A stretch of 64,000 bases of DNA, taken from Planctomycetota bacterium. Its GTDB lineage: Bacteria; Planctomycetota; SZUA-567; JAFGGJ01. Shown here one piece after another: positions 35,353 to 44,950 of this stretch (position 1 is the stretch's first letter; each line of letters starts with the position of its first letter). The notes beneath the pieces are model-generated. The model did no database searches. It was not told the DNA's origin and saw only the letters and a list, made by a program, of their open reading frames with translations. The translations under genes were made by a program, and so were the position numbers. Location of the stretch: positions 51,517-115,516 of the forward strand of contig JAFGGJ010000042.1 in the NCBI GenBank assembly GCA_016930595.1. The letters run 5' to 3'.

Positions 35353-37857
35353 ATGAAAAAGTCGAACGTGGTAATCCTTTTTCTGATGGTAGTCCTGGGC
35401 GCGGCCATCGTAGCGTTGTTCAACAGAACGCAGGAGAAGAACCTTGCGCCCCTCCCGCAAGCGCCCGCGGAGGCGGGCAGTCCCGACGCCGCGCCGGAAA
35501 CGCCCGCCACAGAACCCGCAGCAGCAGAGAGTCCGGCTGCCGCACCTGAAACAGAACGGGATACCACCGCCGAAACCGCCCGGCCGCTGCCGGCCGACAC
35601 CACCCCCAGAGAGCCCGTCCCATGGGAATCCATCGGCCTGGGCGGCGGCGGCGCCATGTACGCGCCGGTTTCCAGTCCCAAGGACCGCGAGCTCATGTTC
35701 GTAAGCTGCGACATGGGCGGGTTCTACAGGAGCACGGACGGCGGGCGGAGCTGGCGCATGGTGGATTTCCGACAGACCCACGGCTCGACGGCCTGCAAAC
35801 CGGCGTTCCACCCCGGCCATGCGAGCGTCATCTACTTCAAGAACCTTGTCAGCCGTGACGCCGGCGTCACGTGGGAACCCGTCAGCCCGGACGCCCCGTT
35901 TTCTCCCGACAGCGTGGTGGAAATCGCGCTCGACCACAGGAGCGGCGACCTGATCCTCGTCGGCACGACCGACGGTCTGTACGTTTCTTCCGACGCGGGC
36001 AAGTCCTGGCGCAAGTCCGAAGGCGTTTCCGGCACCGTCGTGGGTCTCTACGTGGATCCGCTGAGCTTCGAGGGCGGCAGCCGCGTCTTCTGCGCCACCG
36101 GTTCCGGCGTATTCCGTTCCGACGACGGCGGCGTTTCGTTCCAGAACAAGACCGGAGGCATTCCCGGCCCCGAAATCCGCGATCTTGCCGGCGGCCGATC
36201 CGACCGATCCGGTCTCGTTCTTTACTGCACGGTCCCCGGCAGGAACGTCAACGGGGGGTACCAGGGAGGTGTTTACCGTTCCGACGACGCCGCCGAAACC
36301 TGGAGCCCCGTCCCGGGTCAAGGTCTCAACAGGGGCCTGAAAAAAATAGACCCGTACGGGGACGGCGACATCGCCCAGTACCACCTGCTCGGTGTTTCCT
36401 GGAACGACCCCGAACTCGTTTACGTCACCTGCCTGGGCACCGGTTACTGGCCGCCCGACCACAGCACGGTCTACCGTTCGGAGGACGGCGGCAGGTCGTG
36501 GAGCTTCGTCTACAACCGGGATTTCCGCTTCGACAAGTACGCGACCGTGGCCGAAGGCAGACTGAACGTGGACAACGGCTGGATCCCTTACGCGCTCACG
36601 TGGATATGGGGCGGCTTTCACACGGGCAACGGGTTCCACGTCAATCCCCGCTTCCCCGACGTCCTCATGTGGACCGACGGCGGCACACTGGACATTTCGC
36701 ACGACGGAGGCAAGTCGTGGACGGGGGCCTACACGAAGTACGCCGAGGGACAGGATAAGCCGGCGCCGGCCCCGGCGAAGGATCCGGGGTTCTGGCAGTC
36801 CGTGGGACTGGAAGTGACTTCGACGTGGAACTACGCTATCGACCCGTTCGATCACGATCACCACTTCATATGCTATACCGACGTGGGAATAGCGTATTCG
36901 CTGGACCGCGGCAGAACGTGGTACAACAATTCGCGCAAGAGCGGCGCGGCCTGGACCAATACGACCTACGCCCTCGTTTTCGACCCGGACAGGAAGGATC
37001 TGGTCTGGGCCGCCATGTCCAGCGTGCACGACATACCGCACTGGACTTACACGCACGACCAGGCGAAGGGCGCCGGAGGAGTGTCCGTGTCGGACGACGG
37101 AGGCATCACCTGGAAGAAATCCAGCACCGGCCTGCCCAGCGCGCCCGCCGCGTCGCTCGTCCTCGACCCCACGAGCCCCGCCGGCCGGCGCACGCTGTAC
37201 GTCGCGCTGTACGACCACGGCGTCTACAAGTCCACCGATAACGGCGCCACGTGGCAGCCGTCTTCCAACGGCATCGACCTGAAAAGGAACTCGCACTCAT
37301 GGCTGGTCAAGCGGCACCCCGACGGCACCCTTTTCTGCGGGGTTACTGCGAGGCGCGTCGGGGGGCGCCGGAGCCATGATTTCCCCGAACCCGGAGCACT
37401 CTACAGGTCCGCCGACGAAGGAACTTCGTGGGAAGACATAACGGTTTCCTGTCCTCTGCACTGGCCGAACGGTTTTGCCGTGCATCCCTCCGACAGCAAC
37501 ATCATATACCTGTCGGCTGGGACCATACCCCGCGGGCGTGAAGGCGGCATCTACAAGACCGTCGACGGCGGCAAGTCGTGGACGCGCCTCCTGCGCGACG
37601 AAGACTTCGAAGGCAGGGGCGGCCCCGGCTACGTGCAGGGCATGTTCGTGACCATGGATCCCGAAGACTCCGAAACAGTGTATCTCGGCACGGACAGCCA
37701 GGGCCTGTGGGTCACTCATGACGCCGGCACCACCTGGAAGCAGGTCGAAGGCCTGCCGTTCGGGAATTGCCACCGGGTCGAATTCGACCCGGACAACCAT
37801 GATATCGTCTACGTCACAACCTTCGGCGGCGGCGTCTGGAAAGGCCCGCGGCCCTGA
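35353..37857 (+). CDS. Membrane-anchored BNR/Asp-box repeat beta-propeller protein (sialidase/GH74/sortilin-like)
   Basis: ATG at 35353 after AAGGGAAGG. TM VVILFLMVVLGAAIVALF, then Pro/Ala/Glu linker. At least nine Asp-boxes (STDGGRSW, SDDGGVSF, SEDGGRSW, SHDGGKSW, SDDGGITW, STDNGATW, SADEGTSW, TVDGGKSW, THDAGTTW). Confidence 0.75.
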   Translation: MKKSNVVILFLMVVLGAAIVALFNRTQEKNLAPLPQAPAEAGSPDAAPETPATEPAAAESPAAAPETERDTTAETARPLPADTTPREPVPWESIGLGGGGAMYAPVSSPKDRELMFVSCDMGGFYRSTDGGRSWRMVDFRQTHGSTACKPAFHPGHASVIYFKNLVSRDAGVTWEPVSPDAPFSPDSVVEIALDHRSGDLILVGTTDGLYVSSDAGKSWRKSEGVSGTVVGLYVDPLSFEGGSRVFCATGSGVFRSDDGGVSFQNKTGGIPGPEIRDLAGGRSDRSGLVLYCTVPGRNVNGGYQGGVYRSDDAAETWSPVPGQGLNRGLKKIDPYGDGDIAQYHLLGVSWNDPELVYVTCLGTGYWPPDHSTVYRSEDGGRSWSFVYNRDFRFDKYATVAEGRLNVDNGWIPYALTWIWGGFHTGNGFHVNPRFPDVLMWTDGGTLDISHDGGKSWTGAYTKYAEGQDKPAPAPAKDPGFWQSVGLEVTSTWNYAIDPFDHDHHFICYTDVGIAYSLDRGRTWYNNSRKSGAAWTNTTYALVFDPDRKDLVWAAMSSVHDIPHWTYTHDQAKGAGGVSVSDDGGITWKKSSTGLPSAPAASLVLDPTSPAGRRTLYVALYDHGVYKSTDNGATWQPSSNGIDLKRNSHSWLVKRHPDGTLFCGVTARRVGGRRSHDFPEPGALYRSADEGTSWEDITVSCPLHWPNGFAVHPSDSNIIYLSAGTIPRGREGGIYKTVDGGKSWTRLLRDEDFEGRGGPGYVQGMFVTMDPEDSETVYLGTDSQGLWVTHDAGTTWKQVEGLPFGNCHRVEFDPDNHDIVYVTTFGGGVWKGPRP

Positions 37858-38041
37858 AGCGCGGGGCGTTCCGGCGCGGCGAAGGCACGCGGTCAGCCAA
37901 AGGAATCCACAACCGACCAGCGGTCCGGGCCCGTTGGAATTGCTACTCGACGACGGGACTTCCGCCTTACTGCACCCGGCAACGTCCGATAAAATTACGG
38001 AGATGCGCCGGCGGGTCGGCCAGGAACAGCCGCACCCGGCT

Positions 38042-38521
38042 TCAGCTGCCCAGTTTCTTCCAGAACCTGGTGGCGAAAGGAGTCAGCCCGGCGCGGGTCC
38101 ACAGTTCCTTCAGGCCCGGGATGCCTTCCGGCGCATTCACTTCCACGGCCTTCGCGCCCTTCTTGGCCAGGAATTCAAGGGCGCGCTTCACGAGTTCGGT
38201 CGCTATTCCCTTGCCCCGATGCTCGGGGCGCACGTAGATATCGGAAATCCGGCCCCGCGGCCGCTCGGCGTATATAGGGGCGTCCTTGGGTATGGCCGCC
38301 ATTATACAGCCTACTATCCCGTCGCCTGTTTCGGCGATTACTATCTGGCCTTCCTTGCGGTCGACTATCTTGCCGGCCCATTGGCCCCAGACGATCTCGC
38401 CCCCGGCGCCTACCCGGTACCTCGGCTGTGCCGCGGCGACTTCCTTGTTCATCGCTTCCCAGAGTTCCATGACAAAAGCCATGTCGCGGTTCTGGGCGAT
38501 CCGGTAAGCAACATCCGCCAT
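38042..38521 (-). CDS. GNAT family N-acetyltransferase
   Basis: 159 aa. Acetyl-CoA motif A region (IYVRPEHRGKGIATELVKRALEFLAKKGAKAVEV). Confidence 0.75.
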   Translation of the reverse strand: MADVAYRIAQNRDMAFVMELWEAMNKEVAAAQPRYRVGAGGEIVWGQWAGKIVDRKEGQIVIAETGDGIVGCIMAAIPKDAPIYAERPRGRISDIYVRPEHRGKGIATELVKRALEFLAKKGAKAVEVNAPEGIPGLKELWTRAGLTPFATRFWKKLGS

Positions 38522-38556
38522 ATTGCCCCCCCTACTCTATAACACCTTCTTCGGGA

Positions 38557-39282
38557 TTATACACCGCGGCGCCGCATTTGGGTAGCGACAATATGCGCCT
38601 GCCTCAAAGGCTCGGGAATTCTGTACCGGCCGAGGGTCCTTTCCACAAGGGCCGCGGCCGATGCCAGGTCGACCCGGTGCCCCACCGAAACATATACAGG
38701 TTTGACGCCGGAACGCGTTCTTATCGCCATGCCTACCGTCTCGCCGCGGTCCACCAGTCCGGCCCTGGAACCTCTGCGGCTCCCCAGTTTTCCCTGCACT
38801 TCACCCACGAGAATCCCCTTGGCGCAGCCGATCGCGGGAACATCCAGGACCAGGCCCAGGTGGCAGGCTATCCCCATGCGGCGGGGGTGCGCCCTGCCCT
38901 GCCCGTCGGCCAGCAGAACGTCGTAAGTCGTACGCAGGCAGTGCAGGGCTTCCAGCGCCAGCGGGCATTCCCGGAAACTCAACAGTCCGGGAATATACGG
39001 CATGTGGACTTCCCCCGTAACAAAAACGCTCTCGATGACTTCGCTCCGCCGCAGATCGTAGACCACGGCCGCGGCGAGGCCCGCCGCAGGCAGCCTGTGC
39101 ATTACCGCCCTGCCCCCGGGGAAAGACATGTCCACGGCGGCGACGCGCTCCACCGAATCGACGTCCAGCGGTTCAATACGGACCTGCCCCGCGAGCCTGC
39201 GCTGGATTTCAATCGCGGCCGCCGGACTCGACGGCCAGTCGCCGCCCGGATCATTCGGGCATGGGGATTGCTTCCCGGCCAT
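38557..39282 (-). CDS. nfi: Endonuclease V (deoxyinosine 3' endonuclease)
   Basis: From in-frame ATG at 39282 (MAGKQ...). Motifs VAAVDMSF, HMPYIPGLLSFRE (E. coli YIPGFLSFRE), HPRRMGIACHLG (E. coli HPRRLGVASHFG) and GCAKGIL. The 5' end overlaps the stop of the upstream gene by about 30 nt. Confidence 0.75.
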   Translation of the reverse strand: MAGKQSPCPNDPGGDWPSSPAAAIEIQRRLAGQVRIEPLDVDSVERVAAVDMSFPGGRAVMHRLPAAGLAAAVVYDLRRSEVIESVFVTGEVHMPYIPGLLSFRECPLALEALHCLRTTYDVLLADGQGRAHPRRMGIACHLGLVLDVPAIGCAKGILVGEVQGKLGSRRGSRAGLVDRGETVGMAIRTRSGVKPVYVSVGHRVDLASAAALVERTLGRYRIPEPLRQAHIVATQMRRRGV

Positions 39283-40141
39283 CCGCTTCCGCCTTTGCCG
39301 GAGCGGCGGTTTCCGGAACGTCCTTATCGCCGCCGCTTCCCCGGTCTTCGCCGTCTTCATTCTCCGGCGGCGGTCCGGGCTCGATCGAATCAACCCTCTT
39401 GAAGCCTTCCGGGATAAGGAACATGTCGTCCGGCACGTCTCGTCTGCAGACTTCGGTCACTTCGTTTTCCACCTGCGGGTTTATCTCCAGGACGGGGAAG
39501 ACGCGGCTTCTCATGGCGAAGCCGCGTTCCTTCCTTTTCAGCGCAAGAAGCTCACGGCTGAATTCACCCGTGGCTTCCAGCAGCGGCGTCATGTCGGCCC
39601 CGAAATCGAATGCGTCGGTGAGCCAGAACTCCATCCGCAGGCGTCCGTTCTCATAAAAGGAAACCTTGCGCGTGTCGTAACCGGCGACCGGGGAGGTCTT
39701 TTTTTCCGACAGGGCCTTCGCACGCGGCCGCACCTTGCCCAGTACGACGGCCAGCCGTTCCTTCTTGGAACGATCCATCCGGTCATAGTGTTTCGAAAGC
39801 AGCGACTTGTACTGCTGAATCTTTTCCCGGCCGGCCTGGACGCTCATCACGGCGTAGATATTCCTCCGCGGATCGTACTGGCACAGAGTCCCTTCCGCCG
39901 GCCGCAGCACGGTGATGACGTCCAGTTCTTCCGTCTGGGTAAGGATGGCGTCCCGGGCGGCTATAATCGTCTGGTGCAGGACTTCGGACTTCTCCTTGCC
40001 CACGGCGTCCCGGAAAGTGCGCGTCGAAACCTGTTTATAGACCAGCGCCTGCGTCCCTTCGGCGCCGGCGGCGCCGAAGACCACAAGCAGCACCCAGCAG
40101 GCTTTCTGTATTTTCCCGGTCATGTCCATACAATTATACAC
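39251..40141 (-). CDS. Secreted hypothetical protein
   Basis: 296 aa. Signal-like MTGKIQKACWVLLVVFGAAGAEG. Acidic, Gly-rich C-terminus. No recognisable catalytic motif. Confidence 0.5.
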   Translation of the reverse strand: MYNCMDMTGKIQKACWVLLVVFGAAGAEGTQALVYKQVSTRTFRDAVGKEKSEVLHQTIIAARDAILTQTEELDVITVLRPAEGTLCQYDPRRNIYAVMSVQAGREKIQQYKSLLSKHYDRMDRSKKERLAVVLGKVRPRAKALSEKKTSPVAGYDTRKVSFYENGRLRMEFWLTDAFDFGADMTPLLEATGEFSRELLALKRKERGFAMRSRVFPVLEINPQVENEVTEVCRRDVPDDMFLIPEGFKRVDSIEPGPPPENEDGEDRGSGGDKDVPETAAPAKAEADGREAIPMPE

Positions 40142-40358
40142 AATGCCCCGCCGTGCGCACCATACCTTGCCGAGAAGGGCGCCCGCCTGTCCCCGGGGCG
40201 GGCGCTAATACCTCAAAAGTATTCGGTTCCTGCGCCTGACGTATTAACGTAACCGCTGGCCGCCCGGACGGTTATGTGCAACCGCCCGCCGGGCCGTCCG
40301 ATAAAACATATCGGCTGGAACGCCGCCCGTCCTGACAGGAAAATCCGCTATATGTCCC

Positions 40359-40388
40359 TTGACAGCCCCGCCATACTGGCCATAATCT
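40359..40388 (+). promoter_or_regulatory. Candidate sigma-70-type promoter (TTGACA-N16-CATAAT) in the long leader upstream of the Gfo/Idh/MocA operon
   Basis: cccTTGACAgccccgccatactggcCATAATctcc within the 444-bp noncoding region. About 195 nt upstream of the ATG at 40586. Coordinates approximate. Confidence 0.3.
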
Positions 40389-40530
40389 CCGCCGTTGGGC
40401 GTCCCGACAGACATTTGGAAGGCGTCGGCCCTCATGGATGACATATCGGGTCGTGTTGTTTTCAGTGCGCGTGTCGATATAACCGCTTGTGCGCAAAAGA
40501 GTTAGCTGGCACGATATGCTTGTGGCGGCA

Positions 40531-40546
40531 TGTTTCGCGTGAAACA
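40531..40546. promoter_or_regulatory. parS-like site (TGTTTCGCGTGAAACA; 15/16 match to the TGTTTCACGTGAAACA consensus)
   Basis: Read directly in the sequence, about 4.4 kb from parB. One mismatch in the left half-site. Confidence 0.5.
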
Positions 40547-40585
40547 GTGTTGGATTTATCGACAGTATACAGGAGGAGGCAGGTT

Positions 40586-41749
40586 ATGAAAGTGAACGTT
40601 GGCATGGTGGGTTGCGGGTTCATGGGCAAGGCGCACAGCAACGCGTGGCACCGGGCGCACATTTTTTTCAAGACCGGGGCGGAAGCCGTAATGAAGGCCG
40701 CCTGCGACAGCGACAAGAAAGCCGTCAAGGCAATGGCCGACCTGTGGGGCTGGCAGCGGACGGAAACCGATTACAGGAAACTCGTTACCGCCGAAGACAT
40801 CGACCTCGTGGACATAGCCACGCCCAACAAGGCGCATGCCGAAATCGCCATTGCGGCCGCAGAAGCAGGGAAAGCCATCCTCTGCGAAAAGCCGCTCGCC
40901 ATGGATCTCAAACAGGCCCTTGCCATGGTCAAGGCCGTGAAGAAGAACAAGGTCCTGAACGTCGTCGCGTTCAACTACCGCAGGGTGCCCGCTCTGGCGC
41001 TTGCCAGGCAGATCATCCAGGAAGGCCGCCTCGGCAGGATCTTCCATGTCCGGGCCTGCTACCTGCAGGACTGGATAATCGACCCTGATTTCCCTCTCGT
41101 ATGGCGTCTGCAGAAACCCATAGCAGGCAGCGGGGCCCACGGGGACCTGAACGCGCACATTATAGACATGGCAAGGTTCCTGGTCGGCGAAATAACCGAA
41201 GTCACCGGAGATGCGAAGACTTTCATCAAGCAACGGCCCGTACTCGAAGCCATCACCGGCGGGCTCGGGGCAAAGGCGTCAAAAAAGAAGAAGGGCAAGG
41301 TTACCGTGGACGACGCCGTTATCTTCCTGGCGCACTTCCGCAACGGTGCGATCGGCACGTTCGAAGCCACCCGCTTCGCCCAGGGGCGCAAGAACGGCAA
41401 CAAGATTGAGATAAACGGCGAGAAAGGCAGCCTTGCTTTCAACTTCGAACGCATGAACGAACTCGAGTTTTTCGACGCCCAGGATCCCAAGCACCTGCAG
41501 GGCTGGCGTAACATCATGGTGACCGAACCGGGCGCCCATCCTTACATGCACGCATGGTGGCCGGCCGGCCACATCATCGGGTATGAGCATACCGCGGTGA
41601 ACCTGGCCAGCGATATCCTGACCGCCATGGCCAAGAAGAAGAAATCTCTGCAGCCGGACTTTGCCGATGCCGCCCGCACGCAGGCCGTGCTGGATTCAGT
41701 GCTGGTGTCGGCCAAGAAACGGGCCTGGGTCAAGGTTCCCAAGGTCTGA
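40586..41749 (+). CDS. Gfo/Idh/MocA family NAD(P)-dependent oxidoreductase
   Basis: MKVNVGMVGCGFMGKAHSNAW Rossmann start after AGGAGGAGG. EKP motif (AILCEKPLAMD). Typical dimerisation domain. Confidence 0.85.
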   Translation: MKVNVGMVGCGFMGKAHSNAWHRAHIFFKTGAEAVMKAACDSDKKAVKAMADLWGWQRTETDYRKLVTAEDIDLVDIATPNKAHAEIAIAAAEAGKAILCEKPLAMDLKQALAMVKAVKKNKVLNVVAFNYRRVPALALARQIIQEGRLGRIFHVRACYLQDWIIDPDFPLVWRLQKPIAGSGAHGDLNAHIIDMARFLVGEITEVTGDAKTFIKQRPVLEAITGGLGAKASKKKKGKVTVDDAVIFLAHFRNGAIGTFEATRFAQGRKNGNKIEINGEKGSLAFNFERMNELEFFDAQDPKHLQGWRNIMVTEPGAHPYMHAWWPAGHIIGYEHTAVNLASDILTAMAKKKKSLQPDFADAARTQAVLDSVLVSAKKRAWVKVPKV

Positions 41750-41781
41750 TCCGGCGGCCCGGCCAGGGAAGGAGACTTGAT

Positions 41782-42744
41782 ATGAAAATCGGCGTTTTCA
41801 CGGTGCTTTTTTCCAAACTCTCTCTCGAAGAAATGCTTGATAAAGTCGCTTCTCTGGGCCTCGGAGCGGTCGAACTCGGCACCGGCAATTACCCCGGTTC
41901 GCCGCACCTGAACGTCAAGAAGCTGCTCGGCAACCTCCAGGCCCGCACGAACCTGCTGGCTGCCATCAAGAGTAGGGGGCTTGTCATCAGCGGGCTTTCC
42001 TGCCATGGCAATCCGCTGCATCCGCAGAAGAAGACAGCCAAAGCCCATCATGACGCATGGCGCGACACCGTCAAGCTCGCCAAAATGCTAAACATCGACG
42101 TCGTCAATAATTTCTCCGGCAACCCCGCCGGCAACGCCAGGTCCACGGTCCCGAACTGGGTCACCTGTCCGTGGCCCGAGGACTATATCGAAGCCGTCCA
42201 GTGGCAATGGGATAAGCAGCTGGTGCCGTATTGGAAGGAAGAAGCCAAGTTCGCCCGGGACTACGGGGTCAAGGTCGCTTTTGAAATGCACCCCGGGTTC
42301 GCCGTTTACAACACCGAAACCCTGCTGAAACTCCGCGAAGCCTGCGGCAAGAACATAGGAGCCAACCTGGATCCTTCCCATCTTTTCTGGCAGGGCATGG
42401 ACCCGCTGGTAGTGGCCAAGGCTCTGGCGGAATGCATCTTTCACGTGCACGCCAAGGACTGCCGCATAGATCCGCAGAACACGGCCCTGAACGGCGTCCT
42501 GGACACCAAGCACTATGGAGACGAGCTGAAGCGTTCCTGGATATTCCGCACCGTGGGGTACGGACATGACGAAGCGTGGTGGCGGGATTTTGTAAGTATT
42601 CTCAGGACCGTGGGTTACGACGGCACACTCTCGATCGAACACGAAGATTCGCTGATGAGCGGTGAAGAAGGCCTGAGGAAAGCCATCCAGATCCTCGACA
42701 AAGTCGTGATAAAAGAAAAAGTGGGGGAAATGTTCTGGGCCTGA
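41782..42744 (+). CDS. Sugar phosphate isomerase/epimerase (xylose isomerase-like TIM barrel)
   Basis: 320 aa. ...LGLGAVELGTGNYPGSPHL...VAFEMHPGFAVYN...TLSIEHEDS... Immediately downstream of the oxidoreductase. Confidence 0.8.
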   Translation: MKIGVFTVLFSKLSLEEMLDKVASLGLGAVELGTGNYPGSPHLNVKKLLGNLQARTNLLAAIKSRGLVISGLSCHGNPLHPQKKTAKAHHDAWRDTVKLAKMLNIDVVNNFSGNPAGNARSTVPNWVTCPWPEDYIEAVQWQWDKQLVPYWKEEAKFARDYGVKVAFEMHPGFAVYNTETLLKLREACGKNIGANLDPSHLFWQGMDPLVVAKALAECIFHVHAKDCRIDPQNTALNGVLDTKHYGDELKRSWIFRTVGYGHDEAWWRDFVSILRTVGYDGTLSIEHEDSLMSGEEGLRKAIQILDKVVIKEKVGEMFWA

Positions 42745-42844
42745 CGGGCAATTTTTCCTTCGCTCACGGATTGGAAACGCCGGCGGCAGGCATTGCCGCC
42801 GGCGTTATTGTTAGCCGGCGGACACCGGCGGGAACGACACGACA

Positions 42845-43762
42845 ATGAGTTTCATCGGCACACTGCTGGTGGCTGTTTCCACGCTGATGCACGCTTCGTG
42901 GAACCTGGTGGCAAAGCGTTCTCGCGCCACCGTGGCGTTTCTTTTCGTCGGCAACGGCCTGGGAGCGCTCGCCCTTCTGCCGTTCGGCCTGTGGGGAGTG
43001 CACGAGGGGCTCATGCAGGGCTTATGGCCGTTTGTCGCCGGGTCCGGACTGGCGCTGGCGGTTTATTTTGCCGCCCTGGGGCTGGCGTACGAACACGGCG
43101 ACATGAGCGTCGTGTATCCGCTCATAAGGGCGGTGCCGGTCGTGATAATTGCCGGCGTCGAACACTTTTCCGGCAAGGAAAGCATAAGCCCGCCGGCCCT
43201 GTTCGGGATGCTGCTTGTGACCGTCGGCTGCCTGGCACTCGGCATGGACCAGGGCAGGAAAGCCGATTCGCGCCCGGGCAGGAAGTTTTCCGTGTTCGGC
43301 ATGGCAGTCATGGCCGCGGCCGTTCTCGCCACGGTGGCTTTCAGCCTTATAGACAAGGCCGGCATGAGCCGGGCTGGAGGCGGAGCTGCGGCATTCGTGT
43401 ATGCGTACTGGGAATTCGTGTTCACGGCGGCTTTTCTGCTGCCGCCGGCGCTGATCAGTGCGTCTGAACGCGCCAATTTCCGGGAACTCAAGACCCAGAA
43501 AACCGCCGTTATCGCTTTCACGGTCTTGAACCTGCTGACGTACGGCCTGGTGCTGTGGGGCATGCAGTCATGCAAGATATCCTACCTGGTAGCGTTCAGA
43601 CAGCTCAGCATCGTGGTGGGCGTGATTCTCGCGGGACTGATCCTGAAGGAAGCGCGCTTCCGCCGCCGGCTACTGCTGAGCCTGGCCATTCTCGCCGGCA
43701 TTATTCTCGTCGGCACGGGGGACGCTCTTTGGGCGGCCTGGCTGAAACAGACGTCGGAATAA
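42845..43762 (+). CDS. DMT-superfamily (EamA-like) transporter
   Basis: 305 aa. About 10 hydrophobic helices with duplicated EamA-like halves. Confidence 0.65.
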   Translation: MSFIGTLLVAVSTLMHASWNLVAKRSRATVAFLFVGNGLGALALLPFGLWGVHEGLMQGLWPFVAGSGLALAVYFAALGLAYEHGDMSVVYPLIRAVPVVIIAGVEHFSGKESISPPALFGMLLVTVGCLALGMDQGRKADSRPGRKFSVFGMAVMAAAVLATVAFSLIDKAGMSRAGGGAAAFVYAYWEFVFTAAFLLPPALISASERANFRELKTQKTAVIAFTVLNLLTYGLVLWGMQSCKISYLVAFRQLSIVVGVILAGLILKEARFRRRLLLSLAILAGIILVGTGDALWAAWLKQTSE

Positions 43763-44863
43763 CGGCCTGACCACGGTTATGGCGTTCTCGGGACATATTT
43801 CTTCGCAGCAGTAGCACCTTATACATTTTGCCTGGTCGAATACAGGGTAGGGGACTTCCCCCGCGAAACTGATGGCTTCGGCGGCACAGATCCTGGCGCA
43901 TTGCCGGCAGCTTACGCACTTATCCCGCGCGACCTTCGGCATCGGGACCCACCAGGATCGCAGCAGTCGCCAGAGGAAAGGCGGGAACAACAGCGGCCGG
44001 CCGAGCGATTCCACTTCTATGAAACGGAAATTCCCGACAACCGGCAGCGTTGGTTCCCGGTCGAACCCTGCGAACCGCAGTTCCACGGAATGCTCTTCTT
44101 CGGGGAACAGCCGGCCGGCCGGTTCCAGCACGGGTAGATCGCCCGCCGGGAAACCCAACAGGCTGCAGACAGCCGTGTCCAGCGCCAGCGCCGATCCGGA
44201 TACCGCCAGGAAAGACGTCTGCCTGGGACGGCCTGAACTGGGTCCGCGGCCTTCCATAGAAACCACCCCGTCCGCCACGTGGACGGAACGGACGCGCGAC
44301 AACACCGTGTGAGCGATATCCGCCAACAGGCGGGCGAACTGCGCCTGATCACCTCCGGTCCTGAGGTGCCAGTGGGCTTTACCGAGTCCTGGAACGAGGC
44401 CGAAGAGATTCTTGAGGGCCAGCGTCAGGAGCATCTGGCCATGCGTTTTGACCTTTGGAAGATTTACGATGCAGTCGCATTCAAGCGCTTGGGCGGCCAG
44501 GCGGATGTCCCGGAAATGCGTCCCTGCGACGGTGACCGTCCGTGACAGATCCAGCGTCTGCAGGCCCATGTGCTTGACCAGAGGCTCGTAACCGCATGCG
44601 GCCATGGCTTTTTCCATGGAAACGGCGCCCGGCGAATCTCCAAGAATGACTTCTGCGCCCGAGTCCACGCATATCCCAGCAACCGCTTCCACGACGGCCG
44701 GGTGGGTCGTTACGGCTTTTTCGGGGCGGAATGCTCCCAGCATGTTCGGCTTTAAGAGGACCCTGTCGCCCCGGGAACACGCAACAACCCCACAGTCTTC
44801 CAGCTTCCGCCGTATAGTGGCGGTGTCATAAGCATCCTGTTTTATGACGTGGACAAGGCTCAT
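43670..44863 (-). CDS. DUF362-like protein with C-terminal 4Fe-4S ferredoxin domain
   Basis: 397 aa. Two CxxCxxCxxxCP clusters (CVSCRQCARICAAEAI and CIRCYCCEEICPENAI). The N-terminal domain resembles DUF362. Its 3' end overlaps the convergent DMT gene by about 90 nt, so the true C-terminus may be shorter. Confidence 0.55.
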   Translation of the reverse strand: MSLVHVIKQDAYDTATIRRKLEDCGVVACSRGDRVLLKPNMLGAFRPEKAVTTHPAVVEAVAGICVDSGAEVILGDSPGAVSMEKAMAACGYEPLVKHMGLQTLDLSRTVTVAGTHFRDIRLAAQALECDCIVNLPKVKTHGQMLLTLALKNLFGLVPGLGKAHWHLRTGGDQAQFARLLADIAHTVLSRVRSVHVADGVVSMEGRGPSSGRPRQTSFLAVSGSALALDTAVCSLLGFPAGDLPVLEPAGRLFPEEEHSVELRFAGFDREPTLPVVGNFRFIEVESLGRPLLFPPFLWRLLRSWWVPMPKVARDKCVSCRQCARICAAEAISFAGEVPYPVFDQAKCIRCYCCEEICPENAITVVRPLFRRLFQPGRPKSVPRADENNAGENGQAQQ

Positions 44864-44892
44864 GTAAGTTTCAGTGTCGTTATTTTCGACAG

Positions 44893-44908
44893 TGTTTCAC
44901 GGGAAACA
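44893..44908. promoter_or_regulatory. parS-like centromere site (TGTTTCACGGGAAACA; 15/16 match to consensus) immediately downstream of parB
   Basis: Found 43 nt past the parB stop. Half-sites TGTTTCAC / GGGAAACA. Confidence 0.6.
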
Positions 44909-44950
44909 CATGTGCGGGGGCATGGCCGCGGCGGGCTTTCTGCGGCGCCA

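Noticed and set aside
37858-38041. 184-bp gap between convergent BNR-protein and GNAT genes
   Set aside because: No hairpin with a U-run and no conserved motif. Treated as a simple convergent intergenic spacer.
40505-40523. TGGCACGatatGCTTG resembling a sigma-54 -24/-12 promoter
   Set aside because: GG to GC spacing is 8 nt instead of the required 10, and TTGC is replaced by GCTT. Unlikely to be functional.
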